A DNA stretch of 58,562 nucleotides, filler included, from Sphacelaria rigidula (lineage: Eukaryota): NCBI GenBank assembly GCA_964200075.2. It is 8 parts of 8 records of this genome, joined end to end, with 100 filler letters (N's around TTAATTAATTAA, not from the genome) between each part and the next. Parts side by side here need not be neighbours in the genome. Positions count along the whole stretch, not along the records: positions 1 to 7,234 come from CAXNAA020015839.1; positions 7,335 to 14,567 come from CAXNAA020015840.1; 6 more parts are not named here. One strand, given 5' to 3'. Numbering within the stretch: the first letter of the stretch is position 1; the number at the start of each line of letters is the position of its first letter. A program made the translations under genes and the position numbers. Under the pieces are notes generated by a model. The model saw nothing but the letters and a program-made list of their open reading frames with translations. It did no database searches and had not been told where the DNA came from. This document shows positions 1 to 10,500 of this stretch, in pieces.

Positions 1-74
1 CCCACATATCCCGAAAGGGGTAGACTGGCGCCCAGAATAAATGGGACGACAACACACACACACACACACACACA
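1..74 (+). mobile_element. 3' end and (CA)n tail of SINE family B (truncated by contig start)
   Basis: cccacatatcccgaaaggggtagactggcgcccagaata...(CA)n is the near-exact reverse complement of 58137-58192 and homologous to 7816-7885. Confidence 0.75.
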
Positions 75-294
75 TATTGTGCGCTTGCTCACCCTCGGCC
101 GGCCTGGTCGTAAGGCAGAACCCTGCGTTGCCCCAAAATTCCGCTTTTCGGTGTAGATCCGGATGATGTCGCTGCCTAGCACCGCACTCTCAGTTTGAGG
201 TCACCAGGGAGAGCGCTACACTCCAACATCCTCTCTACATTAACGCGTGTCTGGTCGCCAGTATGGTTTCTGGTTCTTCTTGCACATGTCGGGA

Positions 295-480
295 CGAGTC
301 CGTAATCTCGAAGGAGCCAGTCCGTCCATCTCTCTCTCCTCCGGTACATGCGTTGCAATTTTGTTTTCGTGGATTGGATCATGACCATCAGTACTGCCGC
401 ACCCTGTGGACTCTCGTCAAGTGAGGTTTTCCGTTGCTGCTCGCGCCCCAACGTTCTCAACGATGCAACACAATACCAGG
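295..480 (-). mobile_element. Degenerate body of SINE family A
   Basis: ccggtacatgcgttgcaattttgttttcgtggattggatcatgaccatcagtactgccgcacc aligns with 729-790. Confidence 0.6.
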
Positions 481-667
481 TATATTTTTTCGGAATAGAG
501 GATTCAAAACGCATCTGTCCGACAGGATTCGAATACTGTCTTTCAGGGTACGATGTTTCACTCACTGCTGGAACCATCGCAGATGCCACCGCTCTGCCGT
601 ACACGTCGCCGTTAAGGGGCTTAATTTATTTTTCATTCTTTATTTACTTAGTTGTCGCACTCTGAAG

Positions 668-972
668 CCCTCCCCTTCCCCGTCCTCGGGATGAGTCCGT
701 GGTCTCAAGGGTTGAATACATCTCTCCCCCGGTACACGCCTTGCATTTTGGTCTCGCGGGTTGGGTCATGACTATCAGCACTCCCGCACCGCGTCAACTC
801 ACGTCAAACAAACTCAGTCGATTACTTTGTCTGCTCAGGTTCTCACGCTTTCCACGGTGGGAATCAGGTATTATTACTGAGGAAAACGCAACGCATCGGG
901 AATTGAACCCTCGTTCTCTCCACCCTAATGGCGACAGTCGGACCATTTCACCACCGGAGCGCGGCGGCGTGA
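668..972 (-). mobile_element. tRNA-headed SINE family A copy
   Basis: Minus strand carries an A-box-like tggtgaaatgg and a B-box-like gggttcaattccc (898-910); about 280 bp colinear with 49140-49440. Confidence 0.8.
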
Positions 973-1207
973 CGTATGAATGTATGCAGTTTTGAACGGC
1001 TGCACGAATGGCGAGTACCTTGAACCCTCCGCACGTGTTGAAACATGCTGAATTATGTCAACCCTACTCTAATACCGTGCTCCAACCTGTTCTCATGGCT
1101 AACGCTAAATGTGTCATTCCCCGTTGCTCACTCCCCCTCTCCTCCTTCTCCTTCCACGCTTGTTTTTTTACTTTCTTGCATCTCCTGCAAGGTTGGGGAG
1201 CGTCAAG

Positions 1208-2062
1208 ATGGCGGGATTGTGGGCAGTCCTTGGAACAGTCATTCTTGCGGCGTTCGCCGTTGGGGCTCGAGCGCAGTACGATGACTTCGAGTTCGGGGGT
1301 ACGTGCTGTTTGTGCTGTGACACTTTTTACGGTAGCCCCTCCAAAAAAGTGGCTGGTTTGGGGATGCAAATTTCACACGTGTGAATCGAATTGAAAAGAA
1401 GCCTAGCACAACGAGCAGCTGAGAATTCCCACGCTTGGGTTCGTTTTCATCAATGTCGCCCACATGACGCGCTTCATGCAGCCTGCATGCCTACATGTGA
1501 CCGTTGGCCTTCGGAGTATATGCTCAGAGGGCAATAATCATGCACATCTATCTTGCGTACACGGCCGGGTTTCAGTAAGGGTGGTCAGTGTGCGACACAA
1601 TCAAATCGTTTGATTGATGTGAATTCTCCGAGGGAAACGTATCGGAAAACATTATCCTGAGGCTTGCATTGCTAGGTAACACGTCGCCCTTCTTATGCCT
1701 CAACGCATGAGCCTTTTCATTCCATTTTTCCCCTCCCCCCGTCCTCACTCCCCAAACCCAACCTGCCCTCCCCGCTCTCGCGGTTTCCCTTGGCCATACT
1801 GTTATCCCCTTCACAAGATATGATGGACGCGTACGCTGATATGTACGGAGGCGGTGGGTATGGCGATATGATGGGTGGATTAGGCGGCATGATGGGCGGA
1901 ATGGGTATGGGTGGCATGGGCTACGGCGGGGGATATGGCTACGGAGACCCGGGCCCGACGCATACTGACCTCGCGGATGTTGCGGATGTGGAGAAGTTCA
2001 TGTCCGAAGATCCGGAAACGCCAAGCGTTATCGGATTCTTCGATGAAGATACGCAATCCGAT
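1208..2062 (+). CDS. 5' part of a secreted/ER protein: signal peptide, Gly/Met/Tyr-rich linker, start of a PDI-b/thioredoxin-like domain
   Basis: Exon 1 1208-1298 (MAGLWAVLGTVILAAFAVGARA-QYDDFEFG, donor gtacgt). Exon 2 1818-2062 (acceptor cacaag; phase-1 join gives GAT; DMMDAYADMYGGGGYG...DVEKFMSEDPETPSVIGFFDEDTQSD; donor gtgaga). 'VEKF...VIGFF' resembles non-catalytic thioredoxin-fold b domains. Downstream exons not found. Confidence 0.8.
1318..1440. repeat. Dispersed repeat, inverted copy at 7335-7452
   Basis: gacactttttacggtagcccctccaaaaaagtgg...gagaattcccacgcttggg is the degenerate reverse complement of ctaagcgtgggaattcccag...gctatcgtagaaagtgtc. Confidence 0.65.
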
Positions 2063-3959
2063 GTGAGACGCGTGCACAGTACGAGTACAATAGCCTGTTG
2101 TTTCGTGATTAGTTGGTGAAGGAACGATTTTTCTCTCTTTGTTTTTAGTTCTCGGAAAAAACCGTGCACATACACGAAAATTAGCGCCGTACACGAGAGA
2201 AGCATGCATTGGCGGTCACTTGGGATCTGATGTGATCAGTCGGATGATGTACTTACTTCCGAAGTTGTGTCTCGTGAAAAGAAGACACTACAGCCAGAGC
2301 ACACGTGTCCGAAGTTTATACGACGAGCGATCCGATCAGTATTTTCACGAGTGAGGTCCGGTGAAACAATTTGAAAGCCGACCGTCTTCCACACCAAGCA
2401 AGATCCGACGGTGAAACGAGAGCGGATCGGGTCCGCACTACAGTACCTTACTCGGTGTGAACACACACAGCACAGCACAGCACAGCACACAGCGCACGGC
2501 ACATGGGCGCGCATCTGATATACGAGCTGGTCTAGCGTAGAAGCGGATTTGTAGTTTGCAGGCCCCACCTCACCTCAATTTTTAGATTTGGGCCTTGAAA
2601 TTTGGCATGGGGAATGGACAGGGAATAAAAATGTGCTCATAATCGGATCCAAAGTTCTTTGCTTTTCATGAGTTTACGGCGCTATACTGGAAACTGACAA
2701 CTGAATATTGCCTTCATGTCATGATGAAAAACATTAGGTGCGATGATGATTTTTTATTTTGCTTCATCGTTCCCCATACCAAATTTGAAGGTCCAACACT
2801 CAAATTGGAGGTGATATCAGGCCATTTGGAAACCGGGCTGGTCGAAATTTGGAATAGTGTTTTGTAGGCCACATTACCGGCCCAGGTTTCGTACTTGTGA
2901 TTTGAAATGTTGTGTGGGGCCTCGCTACGGCATAATGAACCAAAAGAAATGAGACAGGCTGATTTTATTTCATTTTTTTCAGGGGTTTAGACCACTTTTC
3001 ATGTATCAAAAAAACATTATCAGAAAAGCTGTTTTCTGATTATCGACCGGAAATCGCTTTTTTCGTGATTTAAAAACGCGTTTTTTTCATCAGTTTTTTT
3101 CTGATGACATTCTTTTATAGCCCAAAGTTCTCAGATGATCAGGGTTTTCTGGTAACTTCGGATGATCAGAAATTGTTATTGAAAAAACATTTGAACTCCC
3201 GCTGTTTATCAACCCTACAGCCCTTCACACCCCATAACATCACCCATGCTGGCTTGGCTACCGTCACTACTACTGCTGCTGCTGCCCGCGGACACTCAGC
3301 GTGTTACGTCCCTGTCCTTACCTGCCAGCAGCGTGGTAGCCCTTTACCCCCATTAGAAGGGCAGAGGGCGGGGTCGACGACGACTACAGTCTGTATGTGG
3401 TCCGTACGTACAGCCAGTTTTTGTAGCGCAGTTCAGCTCTGTGCATGGGGCGTGCTGCCAACCGCAGTCTCAATGCAGTACAGACTGTACATGCGCCCAA
3501 GTCTTGTAGAGACCGGGCCGTGCTATACACACAGAGACTACACGTAGTGCTGCTACTGTAGAACTACAGTCAATGCACACGATACAGCACTGTCTGTTCT
3601 GTTGTCCGTGCTGTCAGTATAGTTTTTAGGAAAGTACCACCGTGCAGCGAAAAGGCACGACCGTCAGTTCTATAGTCAGCGAGGACAGCAAAGCGATGCG
3701 CTTGTGAGTCGGCTTGCGTCATGCAGCTCACCATGTATTACTCAGTCAATATATTACAGTAGTACAGACATACAGTACGGACAGTACACCACGACACAAC
3801 AGCAGAGTGCTGTCTCTCTCTCGCGCGCCCCAGAATTTGAAATTGTGCCCACACGCCTTGTAGAAAACGATGAACATTGCTTTTCCGATTTTGATGGCGT
3901 CGATTACACAAGAAAGGCCACTTCATTTGTTTTTGGTGTTGTAAAACGTGTTTTTGAAA

Positions 3960-4780
3960 GACGGCTTTCTTATCGTGTTTTTTATTTATACATTATAAGT
4001 ATCCTTAGGACGTTCTAGGGTAAACCGATCCTTCACTGGTTCTTCACGAGAACGCCCTAACTCTTCCCCCCCCAAAAAAAAAAATGAAGGCCCACTTTTT
4101 TCTACATTCAGTTCGCCTTCGCAATTCGGCACAGGGCCCACAGATGGTAAGAACTTTGACTGGCACGATTTTTCGACCAATCAGAGATTGCCAATATATC
4201 AAAATGCGGCGACCTTTCTTCAATCAGATGAGAAAATCGAGTGGTCAAATTGCCGGGATTGGCCCACACATTGCGCCTCTGCCAGTCAGACAGTTGCTAC
4301 CATTAATCGCTTGGGATACAGCGGCGGCGGCGGCGGCTGTGCTGGCTCAGTTTGTTTGCCCCAACCTGCACGCGTCCGCCTCGCGTGTCTTCTCCAATCA
4401 TAGAACCCCGACTACAACTGAAGTACCAAAGAAGACGCAACAGACAGCTAGCTGCACAGTCATCACGTAATCGTTTCAACTTCGTGTATGGCGCTTTGAT
4501 CCCGCCCAATTCTGTGCAGACCGAAACACGGCATGCAGCAGTACAACTGTTCAGGCCCTCTCCAGCGCATATTACACCATGTTCGTCGTAGAGTGCTCGA
4601 ATTCACAGCAGCACAGCGACAACTACAGCACAGAAATGATGGGTGTGGGAAGCGCCTTGTTCGTTTGACGGAAGACGAAACAGCCGACACACGAACATAA
4701 TGTTCCTCTTTTTCTGTAAAGACGAAGGCATTGACAGTTATGCCCGTGCATGGGGCCCAACTTTGGGCGCCATATACCGA
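3960..4780 (+). repeat. Dispersed ~0.8-kb non-coding repeat (inverted copy at 39960-40700)
   Basis: e.g. ccaattctgtgcagaccgaaacacggcatgcagcagtacaactgttcagg matches the reverse complement of 40175-40226; colinear over most of its length. Confidence 0.85.
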
Positions 4781-6129
4781 AAAAATGGACCGACCAACTC
4801 GACAGTCAGTTGGATACAGAAGAAATGAAAGCTGAATGAGCCAATCACTATCAATCACAAGTACACGCGTCGCTCGAAATGACGACGGCGCTCATACAAA
4901 ATGTACTATTGGTATAGTACTTTCTACAACACACCTGCGACAGACGTTGCTGTACACCAGTACATAGGGTTACAACAACAGGAGGATAGAAGCTGCTGCT
5001 CGTGTTGTTGTTGTGCCCCTCTTGTCGCAGAATGTTGTTGTGTTTATCTGTCAAAGCAAATTTCTCGGCAACGAAGCAGAGGATTGGACTGCGGTTTGAT
5101 GCATGCACTTCCCACACACCAAAATTATTCAGTGTGGCAACACGTTTCCGTAACGCGTGCCGCGGAGGTCGCAGCACTTTGCAAACCGCTGCATCAAACA
5201 CGAAATGTACTGAAAACGCGTTTCTTCCAACGTTCTGGGGCTTTTCGGATCCGCTGTGGCGAATTGAGCAACTCCGCGGCCACACTGAATGGGTCCAGTG
5301 TGTGTGCGGGGGGTTGTGAAGAGCCACAGGCCGGTTCGCTTCCTGTCTCGAGAACTGTGCGATGAAAAATTACAGCTGTCGCATACTAAACCTTCGATAA
5401 CTTGGATGGAGCGTGTGTTATATTCGGCAGAGGTTCGGCACAGGTCCGACAAGTCTATGACGTCTTCAATACGTCTTTGATATCCCTTCGCATTCGTTTT
5501 TTTATTTTTTGTTGGCAACGGATTTTTGGTCGGTAATGTGTTCGTTCACGGGCATAACTGTAAGGCAGCTGACGCAATCCCAGCGGAGACCAAACCGTCT
5601 TCGCAAAGGTCCGAACACACCACAGCGCAGTGACAGCAACAGCATATGAGAGAGGGCGTGAGTGTGCTTGTGCTGCAGCACGGTGAAACAGCTCATGTCC
5701 CATGTCATAGTTCTTCCCCTCGTTTCAGACGGTTCCTCCATTTATGCCGAGCGCCGACTTTCACACGCTCGGCCGTGATTGCGCTTCGCGCGAAAATCTT
5801 ATAATTCACTTTGAGTTACCCCTATCTGTGGGGGGTGAGCCTGCGATTCTACATGCTGAGTTTCAAATCACAGTTATAATGATTGAGCTGAAAAACTGAG
5901 CAAGGTCCAAGAAAAAATGACAATTTATTTCAAAACTCCGCCAAAAAACGGAGATAAAATGATGAAATCGAAATAAAAAAATAATATATATACATATATA
6001 TATATTTCACTATGCACTAACGATTCTCTGTACGAAAGTTTTGAGCACAACTCTTGAAAACTGAAATGCGAAATCCAGACATGGTGCATTTATCCTTTGC
6101 TCATAATATATTGATTTCAGTATGGAACC

Positions 6130-6482
6130 TTGCATGTGCCACATGTCGAGAAAGATAACGAATTAGGTGAAGATGAGGATATCGATCGTGTTCCCGTGCT
6201 CCAGGAAGTGTCCAGACCAAAAATCGTCATCATCAGCTGATTATATTGTCGGGGTTTCAATCAGACTTGAGTATGAACTCTATATCCGTGCGGTATGAGA
6301 ATTAATAGACATGGCGTTTTATCAACGAGAAGAAATTGGACCAAACTTTTGAGCGGATGAGCACCTTCCTCGAGTAGACGATTAATACGACATGCGGTTT
6401 GCGGCTGGATCCGTCTGTATCGATGAAAGTCTGATATGGCTGCGAGAGCTTAAACCCGTTTCTAGGCTGGACCAGCTCGTAT
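6130..6482 (+). repeat. Dispersed repeat (copies at 51400-51745 and partial 42900-43005)
   Basis: Shared cccgtgctccagg...ccaaaaatcgtcatcatc...aaattggaccaaa...gagagcttaaacccgtttctaggctgg. Confidence 0.75.
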
Positions 6483-7234
6483 GTGCCGCAGTACACAAAA
6501 TACTCCATACCCTACAACAGACAGTAGATGGTCACTAGTTGCGATACCATACAAGAACTTCCTGAATCAGTGAAAAAGAAAAAAATCAACCTGACCTACT
6601 GTTTTGCTGCAGTGAAGTCCCACACAAAATTCAATGCACAAGCACCAAACCTGGGCCGGTAAGTGGCCTGCAAAGGTCTGTTTCGATTTTGTACCGGCCC
6701 GGTTTTTATGTACTGCGTGAAGTACAGGCCTGTTGCACACTATTGTCGGCCGACATTAGTTGCAATAGGTTTCTACTCTGCGCAGTCCAATTTGTCTATT
6801 GCAACTAGTGATGATAATATTGTCCAGGGTGTGAAAATAATTCCGAGAATCTCTTGGAAGACTGTACATGGGCATGGTCTAGCTTTCACCTGTTGTGGTC
6901 TTCGTTACCGCGTACTCACCTTCCATGTGGGCATCACGTTGCTTGAATAAATTATGGCTTGCTCAGAAGGCCGTTGACCTCGGATCCCTATAGAGCTGGG
7001 ACGAAGCACACCAGTTTTTGGCCGGACCGGGCTCACTTTGTTTCTTCTTGGGGGGCGAGTGGAGTGAGCTCTGGTTCTAGACAACCGCGTGCGTTCTGAC
7101 TACTTTGTCATGGCTCATGCGCTGACGATACAGTCTCTCTTGTGCTGTTCGCCCCGTCATCGAAACCTCTTCCCCCCCCCCCCCCCCCCCCCCCCCACCC
7201 CCAACCCACCCCCCCCCCCCCCCCCCCCCCCCCC

Positions 7235-7334
7235 NNNNNNNNNNNNNNNNNNNNNNNNNNNNNNNNNNNNNNNNNNNNTTAATTAATTAANNNNNNNNNN
7301 NNNNNNNNNNNNNNNNNNNNNNNNNNNNNNNNNN
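7235..7334. other. Artificial contig-joining spacer 1 (N44-TTAATTAATTAA-N44)
   Basis: Identical 100-bp spacer, with stops in all six frames, recurs seven times about 7.33 kb apart. Confidence 0.99.
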
Positions 7335-7684
7335 CTAAGCGTGGGAATTCCCAGCTTCTCATTGTGCTCGGCTTTTCCCATTTCGATTTACGAGAAGATA
7401 TTGCCTCCCAAAACCATGCACTTTTGGGGGGGGGCTATCGTAGAAAGTGTCTTCCCATGAACCTCGTATAGGTATAAACGCCGCAACACCCGGAATTCAC
7501 TTGCACGACCTCTAGCCATCGTTCAAGCAATTCGCACGGTGTAAAAGACAGTTGAAACGGCTCGGGAGTTGGCCACAGGCGGTGCTAACCCCTCTGGAGA
7601 TTGATTTTCAGACCGCGGGTCTTGACAAGACGGTAAAACCATGCCGACTGTCGCCCACGTCTGACGTATGAGTATATATATTAA

Positions 7685-8444
7685 TGAAAACTTCCTTTTT
7701 GGTCCTTCTCCGCCGTTTTATGCCCGAAAAAAGGACTAGGCGGACGTTGACGCCTCGGCATAATTTGCTCTACTACTTATTCAGACCGTTCCAAGGCACG
7801 TCGCGTTTCCCGGGGTATGTGTGTGTGTGTATTTTCATCCCCTCTATTTTGGACGCCAGTCTACATCTTCCAGTATATGTGGATGCATCAGCCGGGGTCA
7901 CACACGGGGGAGGCCAACGTAGGATTTTCTTTTTTCGTACTCCACCTTCCTTCTGCGGTGCTTGCCTTATTTTTTATCGCAAGAGGGGTTCAGCGGTCCT
8001 TTTCCCTCGTCGACCATGAAGTCGAAGACATGGTCGCTCTCCACTGTTGGGCATGGTGTGAGAAAAACAACCGGATCGTGTGACTTCACCGAGATTCGAA
8101 CCCACGATCCAACCGTCAAAAGGTTTCGAGGTTACCAACTGAGCCACCGAGACGACCGGCCGGTTTCCGGTGGCCGCAATTATTTGCGGACCAACCTTAC
8201 ATTTCCAATAACAAGCGGTCAGCTTATCAAAAAAGGGGCTGAACTTTCCCTGTTTTGTGATAACATTACCGTTTGTTATTGAAAACATAGGTTTGGCCAA
8301 AACATATCTGCGGCCACCGGGAAACGCAAAGGTGCCCTGGAACGGTCCCGACGAGTAGAGCAAGCCATTCAGAGGTGTCAACATCCGCCCAGCCCTCTTT
8401 TCGGGCGTAAAATGACGGAGAAGAACCAAGGGGGCTATTTTCAA
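7685..8444. mobile_element. Palindromic MITE-like element interrupted by a SINE
   Basis: Left arm 7685-7815 (tggtccttctccgccgttttatgcccgaaaaaagg...ccgttccaaggcac) is inverted at 8310-8444 (gtgccctggaacgg...cttttcgggcgtaaaatgacggagaagaacca). Confidence 0.75.
7816..8160 (-). mobile_element. Full-length tRNA-headed SINE family B with (CA)n tail
   Basis: Minus strand starts gccggtcgtctcggtggctcagttggtaac (A box) ... gggttcgaatctc (B box) and ends in a CA tail; flanked by gtttcccgg (7805-7813) and gtttccgg (8163-8170), a TSD-like duplication. Confidence 0.85.
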
Positions 8445-9189
8445 CGATATTTTATCTTTTTATTTTACACAAAATATTTTGGTCCTTACGGCGTGTGTGA
8501 TTAGTAACGACGATCTCCATCCCCGGCACGGAGAGGTAGTACGGCACGTGTCACGAGGGAGCACCAAGTGCAAAGGCGACATAGCTAACATGTTTGCGTG
8601 AATAATCGGCATGCATCCCTCGCTTAATAAAAGCGTATCGCACTTGCAGTTGTAGTTGCACCAAGTACAAGTAACCCTAAGGAAATCGATGTGACCCTAA
8701 GTAACCCTGCTTTGTCGATCCGTCGATCCATCCTGGAAAAGGACTAAAAAAGGCTGAATGGTCGTTCTTCTGCGGGCCGGACGTCCTTACCCTAGGCATG
8801 GTTACCACGCAGCGTACAGAGTGTATGTTCGGGGTGGCAGGGAGGTCTGGCATCGAGGAGAAGCTGTCCTTTGTCCTTGTGTGTTGTGTGGCCTTTGAGA
8901 AAAGCTTCAACAGATGGCAACGCGTTTTTTTATCCGAGACGGAGTAAGGTTAGGTAGGGCGTAACATCCGCACAGGGTATCCATATATATTTATTATATC
9001 CACGTACACATCTACACGCAAAAAAAGCATTCGCACAGGGCACGTAAATCCAGTTGCTCCCGTATCATATACGTTCAAACGTTAGCCCATCATTCGTACC
9101 GAAGTTGTTTATCATGCCGTGGAATCCCTCGCAGGCTGTCATCCCCCCCGGTCGACGCTAGGAGACTGTTCGCCTCGGAACGCACGCAA

Positions 9190-10500
9190 GGATGTTTGAA
9201 CTCATCCACCAGAGTCTCGATGTGGCGGGTACTAGCAACTACTGCCAGAAGGTGAATATTGATTGTTGTATCGCGCGGATAGCGTTTTATGTGCTTCCGT
9301 GCAGTGTGTACAGGGTGTTTGTGATGTTGTGTCCGACTGACCAATGTCTTCGGCGCCATGCATATCCCGCATCTGTCGAAAGTACCGCCTGCAGAACTTC
9401 AATGCCGTGCACATTTAGGAGCATGGTGATGGCGTTTGCCGTTCGCTCATTCTCTATCCATGCTGGTGATATTTGTACTGAGGTCATCTGCTCTCTTGCC
9501 CACGATACAGGGGCGCCGACAGGAGTTTCTGTACGGATGTCAGGCTTACGACGTCGACCTTGTGGCGGGCCTATCGTCAACTGACGATGGGAGCCTTCTT
9601 CCTCTCGACGAGGCCGGAGTACGCTACATCCGCTCGGCGAGTCCGAAGTCGATTACCCTGCAAGAGACGGGTGCTACACGAGACAGATCTCGAAGGAGAC
9701 CTACGCAACGGTGAAGCAGGGTTGGACACCAGCATGCAGGCGCGTGCTTCCCTGGGGGGGTGTCCTCGCTTAATTGCTCACGTCCCAGTAGAGGCCGTCG
9801 CGACGGGGCGGAACAAGGCCATACCGTCGAACCCAAGCCACCTCATCGTTTTCGGGCCTGACAACGTTCACCTGTGTTCTTGCTTGCAGCTTTTGCGGCG
9901 TGGACTGCCGTACAGGTACTACGAATATTTCGCCGTAACCGTAAAACTGTCGGGCAGTAGGTCGGATTCGGGTGATACAACATCCATTGCACCATGCCTT
10001 CGACATTGTGTATGTACACAACCGTTGATGAGACCAAACCGAGGGCCGGGACGCCCCGTGCAGGGTGAAAAACACGATACATTATCAGGGCACGGGGAAG
10101 GCTGGGACCCACCCACTCACGCTTGACGATACTTTCGTAGGTGTCCACCCCTCGGAGAGGAGGGCTGAGAGCAAGCACTGCCAAAGCAACACGTCCGAGT
10201 GCACGCCGACTAACGGTGAGTCTTTGCGAACATGATGGCGTGGAGCAAAGAAGATAATACGCCATCCTCAGCTCCATGTCATTGCCGATCGGAGCATTGG
10301 CGATACGTAAACAGGCGCGGGAGTACCTGGCAACCAATGGCAACCCTGATACATACGCCGAAGGGTGCCCCGGGCCCACGGAAATGGCACCCGAAAGGAT
10401 CAGGCAACAAATCATCCGAAGTCTTCCGGAGCGTGCCAAGTGTGCCACATGTCAGCGGGACACGGATAAGGTGGACGGCAACGGTAGCCGCAAACCCTGA
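9190..10500 (+). pseudogene. Degenerate Mutator-like (MULE) transposase relic with SWIM finger
   Basis: SHLIVFGPDNVHLCSCLQLLRRGLPYRYY (about 9836-9925) is a decayed SWIM motif CxC-x7-LPCxH with C>Y and H>Y. A KCATC knuckle-like motif lies at about 10438. Frames are broken and boundaries approximate. Confidence 0.55.

Larger units (their letters stand above)
2833..6707. mobile_element. Putative non-autonomous TIR element (about 3.9 kb) with long imperfect terminal inverted repeats and nested repeats
   Basis: 2833-2990 (tttgtaggccacattaccggcccaggtttcgtacttgtg...) is inverted at 6560-6707 (...gcaccaaacctgggccggtaagtggcctgcaaa). The same terminus family recurs at 43490-43898. No transposase ORF inside. 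Confidence 0.5.

Noticed and set aside
7279..7290. TTAATTAATTAA recurring every ~7.33 kb as a biological periodic repeat
   Set aside because: Embedded in fixed N44 flanks; it is an assembly concatenation linker
8085..8160. tRNA gene
   Set aside because: A and B boxes are present but I see no convincing cloverleaf; it continues into a repeated body with CA tail and TSD, so it is a SINE head
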